DNA of 64,000 nt, taken from assembly GCA_002269645.1 (NCBI GenBank), contig NIVC01000504.1, positions 62,001 to 126,000 on the forward strand, given 5' to 3'. Both the position numbers and the translations under genes were made by a program. Positions 1 through 13,518 of the stretch are shown piece after piece; position 1 is the stretch's first letter; each line of letters opens with the position of its first letter. Below the pieces are notes generated by a model, which was not told the origin of the DNA, ran no database searches, and worked only from the letters and a program-made list of their open reading frames with translations. Source of the stretch: Macrostomum lignano. Its lineage: Eukaryota.

Positions 1-2122
1 ATTCATAGCAGACTAGAGTATATAGCTGTTTGCAAGACTACATTTCTTGCAAGAATAAAAAATATAAGACAAGAAAATGTCTTATTTATAATAAATAATT
101 ACATTTAGAGTCAAACATAGATAATTCTACAGAATATCAGGCTGCATTCATATGTACCATATATTAAGATGTCCAAACTCCAATATTCCATGCATATTTA
201 CAATGCAACAAAGCTTTTTGCAATCATATTTCATTTCTGTGCTTGATTTGTTTTGTCTCTTCTTTCCAGTTTTTGCATCTTCTTGAACTTTTTGAGACTA
301 TACACAATGCACACGAATTTTCTCAGCTCTTTATATGCCATGTGTGCTATATTTAAACTGCCTTTGTAATTTCATACTTACTATAAAGCTTCTCTATTAT
401 ACACTCATGCTTTAATTTTTGCTGTAGATGTATAAATATATTCTTTTTCCGTCTGAAGCAGACTTCTGAGTTAAAATATGAGTACATATAGATCTTCCTA
501 TGGATGTTTGAATCATCCAAAAGGATTATGTGATACATAAACTTTGCAATCATTCTTGTAACCACAGATATGAATTAGCGCCTAGCGGGATACTAAATTT
601 CGCGCATAAATGCACATATCAGTCGTTCACGCTAAGAAATGTAGCTAACAATTTTCAGATAATGTTTTGAATTACTATATTTGCGTTATCCAACGCAATG
701 CGCATTGTAATTAATTTGTAAATAGCTAGAAAATGTCACGAACAAAGCAATGTAATACTTGAGATAGTACCCTCAGGTTGCGCGACGCACAAATTGTTCA
801 AAGTTAAACGAATGCGTATCATAGGTATACAGTCATATTATAACAAAATATGTTTATTTAAGGGTTCGGCGCTCCGTAAACAGAAAACTAATTAAATGAA
901 ATTATTATCTATTTTAAAAGAATAAATTACTCTATAGAATTTGACGATGATATGCTGGTGTATTTCTAGTTTTCGTGCAATAAAATAATTCCGATAATAA
1001 TATTTAAACAAAGCGGCATTCCATGCTGTCCTGACATTTTGTTGTGGTTTACGACACAAAATACGTTTGTTGCATCTATAATTCGTTCTTAGGTAAAGAT
1101 TGAGTCACGAATTTTTAAAGAAAAAAAACGGAAGCATAAGCAGTGCCTGATTTTGAGAACGACCCAGGAACATTGATATAGAAAAAGATTTCAAATGTGT
1201 GAATTTCTGGCAATTGAATTATTGCAACTCGTTTAGATTCGGGAGCTCCTTAAATTAAAATTGTACGGAGTTATTCATTTATGTAATTCTAATTCAGAAG
1301 AATCTGTTTCTTTAATGTATACGTAAAGATTTGTTAAATGTAGCTGCTACAGTTTTTACTAACCAACTTGATTTAATTTCTACCGTCAGGCACATCGACA
1401 CGGATTTCTAGCTGCAAAAAAAATCGTTGCTATTTAGGCCTACTGTTTACCTAACTTTCTATTTGACTTTTTGTTTAGCTTTTTATTTGGTTTATTGCAT
1501 GTTTGCTTAGCTTTAAAGTTGGCATAAGTCGAAGGCCTAGAATACAAAAACGTAACTAAAATTAATTAGATAAAAATCTGTTGTTGCAAAGCTCTTCCTA
1601 CTACACTAGCCCTTGAATTTAAACTTAAAGAACATAAAAATATTATTGCCTAGGCCTTAGCCTGGCTACTATATTAAGTTGGGAATGCCAGTTTTTTTGT
1701 TTGCTCCTGGGATTACAACCATAGCTTTTTTTGTTTACTTGATTGTAACTTGCAAAACTACCCAAGAGATAGACAAAGATCAAGTTGAACCTGAAGTTGC
1801 AAATAATCAGGACCAGGCCCTTAGTGGTCTAGCATCTAATATTGTATTTTTGTCTGGGCCATCTGCTTCTGCACCTACTCTAAGTGAAGACACAGTTGTT
1901 GTAGGTAAATAATAATGTAATGAAACTCTGTTTCTAATATATATTTTTTATGCTTATCTAATATATAAAGTATTTTGATTATGTTATGCTTAGCCTTATT
2001 TAGGCCAAACATTTGTTAGTATAGGCCTAATACTTAAGGTTAGTTAGTATAATATGTTGCTAGGCCCTATAATATAAATATAATACAAACTCATGTTGTT
2101 GGTATAAATATGATTATATATA

Positions 2123-3648
2123 TGGGGAAATCCAAAAATCGGGGGCAAGTTTTATGAAAATTCGTTTTTTGGCAATTTAAAAGCAATAAAGCTATAAAAT
2201 AAATTTATTCATGTTTTTAAAAAGTAAAAAAGTCTATTAAAGCACAAATTATTTTCGTATAGCTTTATTTTTAATAAAATGATTTGTTAAAACGGTAAGT
2301 TTAATTACGACCTAAAATGAGTCTAATGAAAATGATTAAAAAGCTATAATAATGTATTTTATTAACTTTAACTATCTTATAATGTTACACTTTATAATTC
2401 TACAACATATTTAACATTATTTTAAGGTTTTATTTGTTTATCACTTTCGTTACTCTTGACAACGTGTATTTTGTAGAGTTCGTTTGCAATAAATTGTATT
2501 CAACGTAAGTTTATTATTTAAACATACAAATTCCCGTAAGGATCGGAAAATTGCATTTTACTCAGCTTCTACTAAAGCGATTTGGAAAATTCTTTTTTTC
2601 CTGCATATACGCCGCGATGATACATGTTTTAGTGTAATTTCATTGTTCTTCGTCGCTTAATAAGCATACAGTAAGCATCTGATTTGGAAGCCGGGTAACA
2701 CATTGGAATTCCCATAAGGATTGGAAAATTGCATTTTACTCAGCTTCTACTGAAGCGATTTGGAAAATTCTTTTTTTCCTGCATACACGCCGCGATGATA
2801 CATGTCTTAGTGTAATTTCATTGTTCTTCGTCGCTTAATAAGCATACAGTAAGCATCTGATTTGGAAGCCGGGTAACACATTGGAATTCCCATAAGGATT
2901 GGAAAATTGCATTTTACTCAGCTTCTACTGAAGCGATTTGGAAAATTCTTTTTTTCCTGCATACACGCCGCGATGATACATGTTTTAGTGTAATTTCATT
3001 GTTCTTCGTCGCTTAATGAGCATACAGTAAGCATCTGATTTGGATGCCGGGTTCACATCTTGTGGTACCATTTTTTACCCAAAATTTTTAAGTCTAAATA
3101 TAGGCATATTACAAATACTATTACAAATAAGTTGATATTTAAATGAAAGAAAACAACTTAAAGATTATTTTGCAACAAGGAATTAGCGATATATTTACTT
3201 TTAGAAAAAGATGTTTGCTGGCAAACTTTGCACTTTATATTAGTATGAATTTTTGCGAGTTTATATGGTTTTAGAAAAACTTTGAAATCCTTAGAAATAC
3301 TTCATCTTTTTGAATTGAATAAAAAGTAAAACACAGATTACTTTCTGTTTTGTAATTAGTAAAAAAATTAGCCTTCTCTAAGGCCTACAAGTCTTAAAAT
3401 TAATTGTTTAATAATGAAAAAAAGTGAAACAAAAAATTGCAAATCGGTCAACTCGGACTTTCAAAATGCTTTTTTGTGGTTTTTTCTTATTTATTCAACA
3501 ATACAAAGCATGAAAACAATAGTTTTTATCCAGAACTATTTTCTAAAGACATATCTATCTTTCAAAAACCTTTTTTAGATACATTACTTTCCATCGAATG
3601 TCCGCAGATTTGTTTTACCGTTTTATCCCACGTTTTTGGATTTCGCCA
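2123..3648. mobile_element. Non-autonomous TIR DNA element (~1.5 kb) flanked by TA
   Basis: Left end TA|TGGGGAAATCCAAAAATCGGG. The right end read on the minus strand is TA|TGGCGAAATCCAAAAACGTGGG, followed by a (TA)n run. No coding capacity seen. Confidence 0.6.
2530..3055. repeat. Tandem triplication of a 178-bp unit
   Basis: The unit attccc(g/a)taaggat..gccgggtaacacattgga starts at 2530, 2708 and 2886; the copies are nearly identical. Confidence 0.9.
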
Positions 3649-5201
3649 TATATATATATATATATATATATATACTAACTATTTTTAGTTCAAGTTTGCC
3701 TCAATTATATACCATTTGGTATAGTCTATTTATATATCTATATTAGGCCTATTGCTCTATATCATAAAATGTTTGTCTAAACATTCCTTTATTATAAGAA
3801 GTAAGACTAAGACTGCCAAAATAAAGATTAAAGTGTAGATTGCAAATATCAATAAGTTTTTTTGCATTTTGGATGTAAAATAGACTTAGAAATGATTAAA
3901 GAGCAAATTTCAACTATAAATAAAAAGTGTTGCAAATCATAGATTTTTTGTATAAGATCTATAGTTCAGAACACTATATGTGCCCCACAAAAAAACTGTC
4001 AACATTCTTTTAATGCCAATATATACCATTTATAATACTTTACACAAAACATCTAAATTGCTAGGAATAAGTGATGGAACATGATGGGTGATTTAGATAT
4101 TTAATTTAAATGAGATGAGCTAAAAACTAAAAATAACAGTTATAGTTATATTTATATAATGTTATATATATTAAAAAAACAAAAGTAAACTTTGTGCATT
4201 TTTGTTAAAAATCATGACTTTTAACTTATAAAAAACAGAATTCAGTTTTGCATTAATTTTATATCAAATTTTATAGTAATGTATGCATGGACAACTATTG
4301 TAACAATTATTAATAACATAACTTTTCATTCTTTGTGTGTCACAAAAATATTAAACATATATGCCAAAAGCCTTAGAAAATCACTTTTTGTGTATGCCAA
4401 TGTATGCTAAATTTCTTGAGTGTACCCTAGAAATTTCTGGGGTACAAGATGCCTTCTTCTGGACTATGGTATAAGATTGTTTCATAAGAAATGTTATATT
4501 TAATAACTAGCTAATGATAGCTAAATTAATTTAAATAAAACAAAATTTATTGAAAAGTTATTTGTTGGATATGAAGTGCTAGTCAAAATTCAAGAGACTT
4601 GAGTATCAAGCTTAAAAGTATATAATGCTGGCTATTTGTATTCAACCTAATTTGTTAATTTTTATATATGCTCCTAAAGACCCTATATTAGTTTTATTAT
4701 TTATTATATTTATTAGTTTTAGTTCTACTATATTAGACCCTAAATCAAACCTTGCCTATAAAAATGTTTGCTATGCTAAATGATGAATTTGGTGTATTTG
4801 GGATTTGTTCATAATGATAATTGTCAACTTGATTTATTTTTGCTTTTGGTAAAACTTTGAGTAAATTTTTTTATCTATAATGCTTCTGTTTGGAGAAAAT
4901 AAAGCTTGCAATGTTGTTAAACAATTATTATTTTCTTTAAAGCACAAGATGCAAGTTTTAGGAAATTTGTGGATTGTATATTAGATTTGTAATATAAACA
5001 TATTTTTTGCTATAATTTATATTATATATATGTTGCAATAAGCATATACTTATGTTGAGTACTCATTATCAAGGGTATGATCTTGATACTCTGACAGTTT
5101 CTTGCTAGGTCTTGCTCAAGGTATTGAAGGCATAGAAGGCTTCATTATGCTGGCGTAATTATGAGGCTTTCATTTCATCCATTTCTCTATAATTTGTCTA
5201 G

Positions 5202-7538
5202 GTTTTTCCTCAACATCTGTTCATGGAGCCAGTAAGCGAACAGTCCAACGACATATTAAGAGAAGCTACGAGGAAGCTGCAGTTATGCTGCATTGCCCAT
5301 GTCACACTGAAGATCCAAGTCAACAGCCAACTGAGCCTATGGCAGAGCTTGGAATTCATGCTGCTCCTGAGCCCACAGAAGAGTCTCAAATGGAACTTGA
5401 ATACCAGGAGATGACTAGTGATGATGTTGGTAAGATTGAATGTATCTATTTTTTATAATAACCCCTAATTGCTTTCAACACTTTTTATTGACATCTTAGT
5501 GTGCTTGATCCTCTAAACTGAATATGAACCTTACACCATCCATTATTCATTTCTGCTTTACAAATAAATTAACTTAAATTTTTTCTGTAACTTTGAAAGT
5601 TAAACAAAAATTTAGAGTAAAAATGTGATTTTATCAACAAGTATGTGCATAATCTTTTTAATAGTTTTTGATAATACTCTAGCTATTTATTTCTTACATT
5701 TAGGAAACCTGACTTCTTCAACGATTGAATCAGCCCTTCATTCTGATGACAACCAATGTGCGAGACTCGAGGCCATGCTTCGAGACTGGGTTAAAGCAAC
5801 AGGCCCAGAAGTGCCGTGCGTGAACTACTTGCTTCAGAATCTACAAGACGAGTTTCCTGGTCTAGCTGCTGACTATCGTGGACTAATGACTACACCAAGG
5901 GAGCTTACTTTTCGCTATGTCAACCCAGGGCGATATTATCATTTTGGCGTTAAAGCTGGTCTTGACTTTCTCCTGAGCAATATTGGATCACGCTCTCGTC
6001 TGGATTCCTTGAACCTCCACCTTTTTGTTGATGGTGCAAAAGTGCACAATAGCACTACCTATACATTGTGGCCTGTGTTGGGTAGAGTTTCGAATTTGTC
6101 TCATTCTGTTTTTATAATCGGGCTTTACTATGGAACTGGCAAACCCCTCTCTGCTTCGGACTTTCTTGCCGACTGTATTACTGAATTGCGTGATTTGATG
6201 GCTGATGGATTTGTCTCTACTGTCACTTCAGAGTCAGATCTCATATTACCTTTTAAACTTTCAATGATTACCTGCGATTCACCAGCACGCAGCTTTGTAA
6301 AAGGAACAAAAGCATGTTGGGGATACTTTGGTTGCGACAAGTGCACTGTTGAAGGGGACTTTTGTAATGGAAGAGTGACATTTTCTGACCTAAGTGCTGC
6401 ACTACGAACTGACTTTGGCTTCAGAGGTGATGTATACCCAAATCATGTTCTTCTACCAAGCCCTTTTTTAAGTTTGCCCATCGACATGGTTCATGATTTT
6501 CCTCTGGATCCAATGCACTTAATATACGAGGGTATTGTTCCTAAATGTTTAAAATTCCTCGGTAAGGGACGCTTGCCCCATCGAGCATCTGGACCTAATA
6601 TTCGTCAGATAAGTGCTGATCTGTGTTCTATTTCGTCTTGCATTCCGCATGATTTTGCACGAAAGCCACGGTCGATTGAGTGCGTGGGTCTTTGGAAGGC
6701 AACTGAGTTTAGATTGTTTATTTTGTACTTGGCGCCAATTGTTTTAGCTGGAAACGTCCCTGAATCTGTGTATCAATTATTTCTTTCTCTGCATTCGTTT
6801 GTTTTCCTATTGTCGCATCCTTTGGTTTGTCAAACGTACTGCTCTTATGCCGAAGATTTGGCAAAGCACATTGTTAATGAATGTGCAATTATTTGGGGTG
6901 ACGAGTTTATCGTGTACACTGTGCATTCAATAATTCATATTCCTTCAGAAGTTCGTCGACGTGGTCCGTTGGATAGTTTTAGTTGCTTTTGGGGCGAAAA
7001 TTTTATCCGCTTTATTACCCAGTTTGTTCGCAGTCCACGTTTTGCTCTCGAGCAGACTGTGAAGCGAATTCTGGAGAGAGATGTGACTCTCGGTTTTTTT
7101 CCTAAGCACATGTGTTCTATTCAGTCGCCTTTTGAATATTCCGGTCCAATTGCATCTTCGAATGTAGACTTCTCATTGCAAGGAGTTCAGACATTTGGTA
7201 TTTACCGTAAAGTTAGTCTTGTATTGCGTGGAACGTATATATCTGTTGCTAATCCAGACTGCTATATTTTAACTCGAGATGGATTTGCAGTTGTAGTCAC
7301 TCATATAATTTCTACTGATGTCGGTTGTATTTTCGTTGGCAAGAAATTTATTCAGCAAACCGCCCTCTACGACGAAACTTTCGACTCAATGTCTCTGCAC
7401 ATTTCCGTTGTCAATACTTTAAGCAACTCACTCGTAACTGTACGATGGACTGATTTCTATGGTAAAGCGATGCTTGTAAGTCTCAAAAATCGTTCCTGCA
7501 TTCTCCCTATTTTACATACATTGGTCGACTGTGCGTAG
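5202..7538 (+). CDS. CMC (CACTA/EnSpm-Mirage-Chapaev)-type DDE transposase, spliced; 5' exon(s) unresolved
   Basis: Exons 5202-5429 (phase 1 to 1, AG/GTAAG) and 5704-7538 join in frame with no stops. Motifs LFVDG (D), ITCDSPAR (D), GYFGCDKC (CxxC), LDPMH (DxxH), WKATEFR and WGENF (E) match the CMC signature from established knowledge. A phase-1 candidate upstream exon ends at ~1903. Confidence 0.85.
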
Positions 7539-8037
7539 CTTCTACGCACATCAAGCATTTCTCTGCAAATGTTTGGAAGCAACTGAATGAACTCTCTGTC
7601 TGACTTCTTCTAGCTAGCTGCTTTCTCATTCAGCAAATGTTGGTTTCATTTTTAGCCACTCCCACTGAGTAAGCAGGTAATATTAGAAAATATAAATGTT
7701 TGTGGGAAGAACATACTATCATTTCACGCTGTCACTAATTTCATGCTTTCATATTAAATTCTTTCCAACAATCGCATATAGACCTAGACATGATTAGGCA
7801 TAGACATGCGAAATATATGACAGTCCCTTTTTAGATGGTTTTCTTTGCTTCGCAAAATGGTTTTGCTGTTTGTTAACAGATTTTTAGTGAAGGTAGGCTT
7901 CTGAAATATATGCGTTGCGTTTTCACCCATAGTACTATAAAATAATAAAGGAAAATGTGTTCCGATCCGATAGCTTTTCTAACTTTGCTTTGTTTCCCTC
8001 CAACTTTTATTTCAGCATATTCGGGCCAAGTCTATGA

Positions 8038-10947
8038 ATGAGTCTAAACGACCTGAATGCATTTGTTGTTGTTCGCTTCAATGAAACTGAAGAAATTGAA
8101 ATCGTTCGTCGTTCCTGGCTTCAGGGCAGCGACAGCGTCTTGTGCCCTCCCCTGAAAAAGTTCAAGGCTTGCTTGACAAACCAGTCGAAGTCAGTCCCAG
8201 ACGATAGTTGGTTGCCTTACAAAGTCGACATCATTGGATCGAGAGGTGAGTTTATGTGCTAATGCAGAATTATTTTCAAATAGGTAGATTATATATGATA
8301 TGCCTATGATTACATATGAAGCCAGTCTTAAGTGCAATTATTGTACTATTTTCTTGTATACATTAGAAAAAAGTACTTCAATGTGGCTCCTATTATCTAC
8401 ATCGGGGGGTTGATATTTTTTCTTGTTTAATTAGATGTGGGATGACTAAGTCCCACGTGAAAGCGAATTTTCATAGCTAATAATAAAGGATGTAATTTTA
8501 TATAGTGTACATGTACATGTGTCTATTCCCCTTCATGCAGATCAATTTCCCGCTGCTGTCAACCTGCGGAAGCGGTACGAGAGTCGGGGAGAAGTTGATT
8601 CTACTGATATAGATGCTCCACGAAGAATTCAAGTTGTCGACCACTATTACAATGAGAATTTCGACATTGAGACTCGAAAAACCGGCCGAAAGAGAACGAC
8701 AAAGAGCAAATCCTCTACACTGGGTAACAGCCGGAGTGCTGGACAGTCGTCAGCGCCACCAAAGTTTCAACCTGATGGCACGAGGCCACCTTTGACAATA
8801 AGCAGCAGTTCGAATTTGGCTTCCATCCAACATGAAGCCATCTTGGCAAGCGCAGTTCATGCTACTACATCGAGTCTGAGCCCGTTTTCACAGTCTTCTT
8901 GTGGCAGCTTCAGCACCAGCACCAATTTAGCTGCAGCTGCCGCGGCCTCTCCGATGGGGCATGGAATCCAGCACCATCCTGCTTCTGCTGCAGCTGCCGC
9001 GGCCTCTCCGATGGGGCATGGAATCCAGCACCATCCTGCTTCTGCTGCATCTGCCGCGGCCTCTCCGATGGGGCATGGAATCCAGCACCATCCTGCTTCT
9101 GCTGCATCTGCCGCGGCCTCTCCGATGGGGCATGGAATCCAGCACCATCCTGCTTCTGCTGCATCTGCCGCGGCCTCTCCGATGGGGCATGGAATCCAGC
9201 ACCATCCTGCTTCTGCTGCATCTGCCGCGGCCTCTCCGATGGGGCATGGAATCCAGCACCATCCTGCTTCTGCTGCATCTGCCGCGGCCTCTCCGATGGG
9301 GCATGGAATCCAGCACCATCCTGCTTCTGCTGCATCTGCCGCGGCCTCTCCGATGGGGCATGGAATCCAGCACCATCCTGCTTCTGCTGCATCTGCCGCG
9401 GCCTCTCCGATGGGGCATGGAATCCAGCACCATCCTGCTTCTGCTGCAGCTGCCGCGGCCTCTGCGATTGGCGTTTACGACGCGAGCCGTGCAGACATAT
9501 TGGACTTTCTAGTGACAGCCGTGCGGCGGATTGAAAGTAAGCCAGCTAAAAAAATTTCTTTCGCTACTGAGGCGCTGATATAAGAAAATTTAGAAGTTCT
9601 AATCCGAGCTCTTCATTTCCAGAATTAAGTAAAGTTACGATTTAAATTAAAATGGCGTAATGCACTATTAAACATTCAGCTCCGCATGATTCTGAGTTTT
9701 GCTGCGATTTACACTTTTTAATTTGTACTTAACGTTTCGGAGGTTCATCTGGTTTGTATAGAGAATAATCTATTTGAGTCACTAACTGACTATTATCCCT
9801 GACTGGCTGATACATCTTCTCGATAATTTTCTTCATTTTAGCAACCCAGCGCGCGATGCATGGTGCGATTTGTGGCCTGGCTACAGAGGTGAAAGACTTT
9901 CACCTGCAGTTTCTTGCTCTGCAGAACTCTTCGTCTCGTAGTACAGGTGCAAACTCCAGCAATGCCCAGCACGGCCAACAGCCAACCGACAGGCCTATAC
10001 TTCAAGATCTGCCATTTACCGAAGTCGATAAACTGACTGAGTGGGCCACACGACTAACAAGTGATCGAGGCTGCTTAAATGATGCAGTGAGTGCTAGTAT
10101 TTTGTATGATTTTTATCATTGCACGATTTACAAAAGCGACTGGATGCCGCTTAACTGCCGCATGTATTTTATGAGAGAATATAACACATTACAAGACATG
10201 ACTATTAATGTGTAATGTCTTGTAGTTTATTAATTCAATTTCTAGTCTACCATTCGAATTCATTCCACACATTTCAGTTTCTGTTCTTCAAGCGGCTTAC
10301 CAGCAAAACTCTAATGAAGTCCGTCGCTAATATCTTATACCACATCATGGATGACAAGCTTGCTCATCAGTTCAGTCTCCGTGGTGCCAAGCGTTCTGGC
10401 GTTTCCAAGTATTGCTTTGAGTCAACTGGCCTGCTGCCTTTTATCAAAAGTAAGCAACATAATGGTGCTTAGGATTTTGTCTCTTCTATGATAAAATGTG
10501 TATTTAAGCTGCTTAGTTAAATATATATCAATTCTGTACGTCCATATCTAGATACTAATCTACTTTGGGTAAGCAAAACTAATGGGCAGTATTTACCTAC
10601 TTTTAGACGTCGTGTGGAGTGTTCACAAAGACGCCAAAGGCGAGGCCATTGAATCCGCGGTGGGCGAACATCTGCGCCACTCAGGCACTCGGTTCCGCCG
10701 AAAAAGGTGCTCACAGCAGTCCGCACAGCGTCCGACTGGAGAACTTCGGAACTCGGCTGCAGGCCCAAGGAGCACTCGGCAAAGCGGAGGTGACGGCGCA
10801 GACATGAACACTGACGGCGATGCAAGTGGCGAGAGCGACAGCAGTTCTGACGACGAGGGCGCTCACGACAGCAGCGAAGATAATGACAATGGCGGCCAAC
10901 GATTTGAAGTCATCAACGTTGACGGTTGTACACTTACTCAACTTTGA
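8038..10947 (+). CDS. Transposon companion protein (DUF4806-like C-terminus), 5 exons
   Basis: Exons 8038-8245, 8541-9536, 9842-10086, 10278-10449 and 10607-10947 all have GT-AG junctions and join in frame. The N-terminal VVVRF..IEIVRRSWL and C-terminal LP..EVDKLTEW..L / ILYHIMDDKLAHQFSLRG motifs resemble, from memory, the second ORF found beside this transposase family. Confidence 0.7.
8929..9463 (+). repeat. 57-bp in-frame coding minisatellite, 9 units of A(S/A)AAASPMGHGIQHHPASA
   Basis: Period 57 (cgcggcctct at 8941, 8998, 9055...). The copies are almost identical and lie inside exon 2 of the companion gene. Confidence 0.95.
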
Positions 10948-11719
10948 GTAAATAGGAGTTCAGACTTCACGGGATTGGTGGCTTAATAAAACTAGTTGTT
11001 CTAAGTTCTAAGAACAAAGATCAGTATAGACTCGCTCTAGGTTAGGTGAATCTCTTTGGAGGCTATAGCTGTTTTTAATCATCGCCATCAGATCTCTAGT
11101 TATCTTTGCATCTTTTCTGAACGACATGTCTGTTTTGCCAGCATGCAAATAGCAGTTGCCATTAATAATAGTTTTGCGAATCTCTTATTTTCCTGCTAAC
11201 TTTTTTATTCATTAAAAGAAACACTGCAGGTTGCAGCTTGCAGTCACACACAAAGATACACATCATGCGCATCTAATGTAGTAAATATTTTTATTGCTTT
11301 CTTGACCTACTATAATGGTAACCGTCTGATCTGATGTGTTTACGATAAAACAAAAAAAATTAATGGTGCTCATTAGCTAATCTTCGCAGACCTTTAAATC
11401 GAAACGTTTTTTGCTATTTTACTTATTCTTTTTAGCAAATGCTAAGTCATGGCCGTATTTTCGTATTATTTCAAGATGTAGGAGTCTCGATTTTTGAACC
11501 TGTGTGCAAGCTACAGATTTTTTACTATGTAGTCAGTGTTACTACCGGTAGAAGTTCCTTAACAACAATCCAAAATTAATGCATGGCATGCGAAAGAAAG
11601 ACATAAGCAAGTGTAATAGTAGAGTCGTCGTATATTATAGAATGAAAGTGATACGAAATATATGTAGTATATAGAATAATACACATACATTAGATACTAC
11701 TAATAGTAGACACGACGAC

Positions 11720-11881
11720 TACATGTTGCACAGATGTTGATGTATGTTGATTTTGCAATGTTGATGCGTCAACCATTCTGCAACGTTGTTTTGCGCGACA
11801 AACGGTCGCTTCTAGCAACGTTTACCACTTGTTGCGCGTCAACATTTGTACAACATTCCCGCAACATAAATGGCACTAGGG
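11720..11881. mobile_element. Probable right terminus and subterminal repeats of the CMC element
   Basis: Dense ATGTTG/CAACAT/AACGTT motifs end in ...caacataaatggcactaggg (reverse complement CCCTAGTGCCATTTATGTTG), resembling the CCC-starting termini of animal EnSpm-like elements. No matching left TIR was found in the window. Confidence 0.45.
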
Positions 11882-11964
11882 GTTATACTTCGTAACCCAC
11901 TTAATTCAATACTTTTGCTTTTCCTACCGCGGCTGGTCCCTGTGCATGTTTAATTTTTCCTTTT

Positions 11965-12681
11965 TGTGGTCCAGCCGAGGTAGAGTTTGAGGCAATTATA
12001 TATTGATGTTCGTTTCGGTGTAAACTAGCATCCTTCTCCGCCTCCTCGTCCTTTTCTTAGTTTTCTGTTTCTAGTTTTGTCATCCGATTTACTTGTGCGC
12101 CTATCCAGTTTATTTATTTATTTAGCCGTTAGCACCGCGGCCCGCAGAATTAACTCGACGTAACCGAGTAATAACATCAATTTAACCTGCTCTCCGTTAT
12201 ATTAATAAAGATATAATAAATCATTTATCCGTTGACTTTAAGCCATAGCCTATCTTGAGTTATTTGCCCGTGGGGCGTAAAACAACCAATTAAAGTTCTC
12301 AGCTCAAAGAAAGCTCAGAGACTTATTCGTTCCGTAATACGTAAATTACGGTGGTGGCAGCTCTACCCTACTGGAAGTAACAAGCTCAGCAAAATCGACA
12401 CGCTCAATTTCGGTGTCTGAATCTACGGTGTCTTATCATTTGAACGACCGCGCCGCTACACAACCGAGCTCCGCTACGATTACGACTAACCTCCCCCGGA
12501 CTAGAGGACCCCGGCAGTCGGAGTAAAACAGGAGAAAAAATTCCGTTGTAATTCGTCTGCGCGATAATTTCCGGCTTTATTCGTGCGAACGCAACGTCGA
12601 CCGGATTCGAAGAAACCCCAATCGAAAACCTCAAGTTTAACCAGTTTCCAATTTTATTTTTTCTTTCTCTGCCCCACCTCA
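11965..12681 (+). mobile_element. Solo LTR of a family related to the neighbouring Gypsy element, opposite orientation
   Basis: Begins TGTGGT and ends CCCCACCTCA. The reverse complement of 12250-12400 aligns with LTR segment 22690-22820, and 12651-12681 aligns with the LTR start. Flanks CTTTT/CTTAT give no perfect TSD. Confidence 0.75.
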
Positions 12682-13518
12682 CTTATTTTTCGGGCAAATT
12701 CAACGCGGCTACTAGTTTACTAATTTGATAGCGCGTATAAAACATAATTTAGAAATATACAAAACTATTACGAGCTCGTATACTATTATAAAAACAGGCA
12801 CATAAGAATAGAATATTATTATTACATAAGACTATGGTAAAATCATATTTTAATGTGTATCTCTATAGTATGTTATATTTAGAAATTAGAATATGCCTTT
12901 ATTGAAGTTTTGTTGTAGGCCTAATTCATCATGATCTCTTATATTTGTAAAGTGTCTCTAGAGTTAACTCTAAGACTAGGTTAATTACTATAAAACCTAC
13001 CTAAATCTAATGATAAACTAGGCTTTAGGCCTATTTTAATTAGGCTGGGGCTAGGCCTATTTTTTAAAGTCTTTGGATGTCTTTAGAAATAATGAATACA
13101 TTTATTAAATTATATTACCATCTACAATATTTAAGGTTAAGATATTTTCCATTCTTTTATAGGGATTAGGGGCCTACTAAACCTTACTAGTTGAGTATTG
13201 GTCTAAGCCTAGACTAGACTAAGGTTAAGATAGGCCTATGTTTTAAAACTATAGGCACTAGGCCTAACAAGTAGAAGGCATTAAGTGGTTCCAGGTCATT
13301 TTGTCAAATACCATTTTGTCAAAAGTTTTTTGTCAAACAGTAAATTTGTCATTTCGTCAAACGGTAGATAAAACAAAGCCCACTGTAATTAATTTTTAAA
13401 TAATTTAATTAGTTTTTTAAATAAATAGTTTAATGTCAAGATAAATCAATATCAAAAGGACTTCACTACCTTTTGTTTAAGCGAAGGGTTTCTAAGAATG
13501 AAACATGAAAAAGGATAA

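Noticed and set aside
1-565. Minus-strand ORF 353-565 as a gene fragment
   Set aside because: AT-rich with stops in the adjacent sequence and no recognisable motif.
8899-9534. Four alternative-frame ORFs over the 57-bp repeat
   Set aside because: A by-product of a stop-free repeat unit; only the frame continuous with the spliced gene is supported.
11874-11900. CACTAG as the left end of a second CACTA element
   Set aside because: No matching right end (..TAGTG) with a TSD was found downstream; the subterminal repeats lie on the upstream side, which fits a right terminus.
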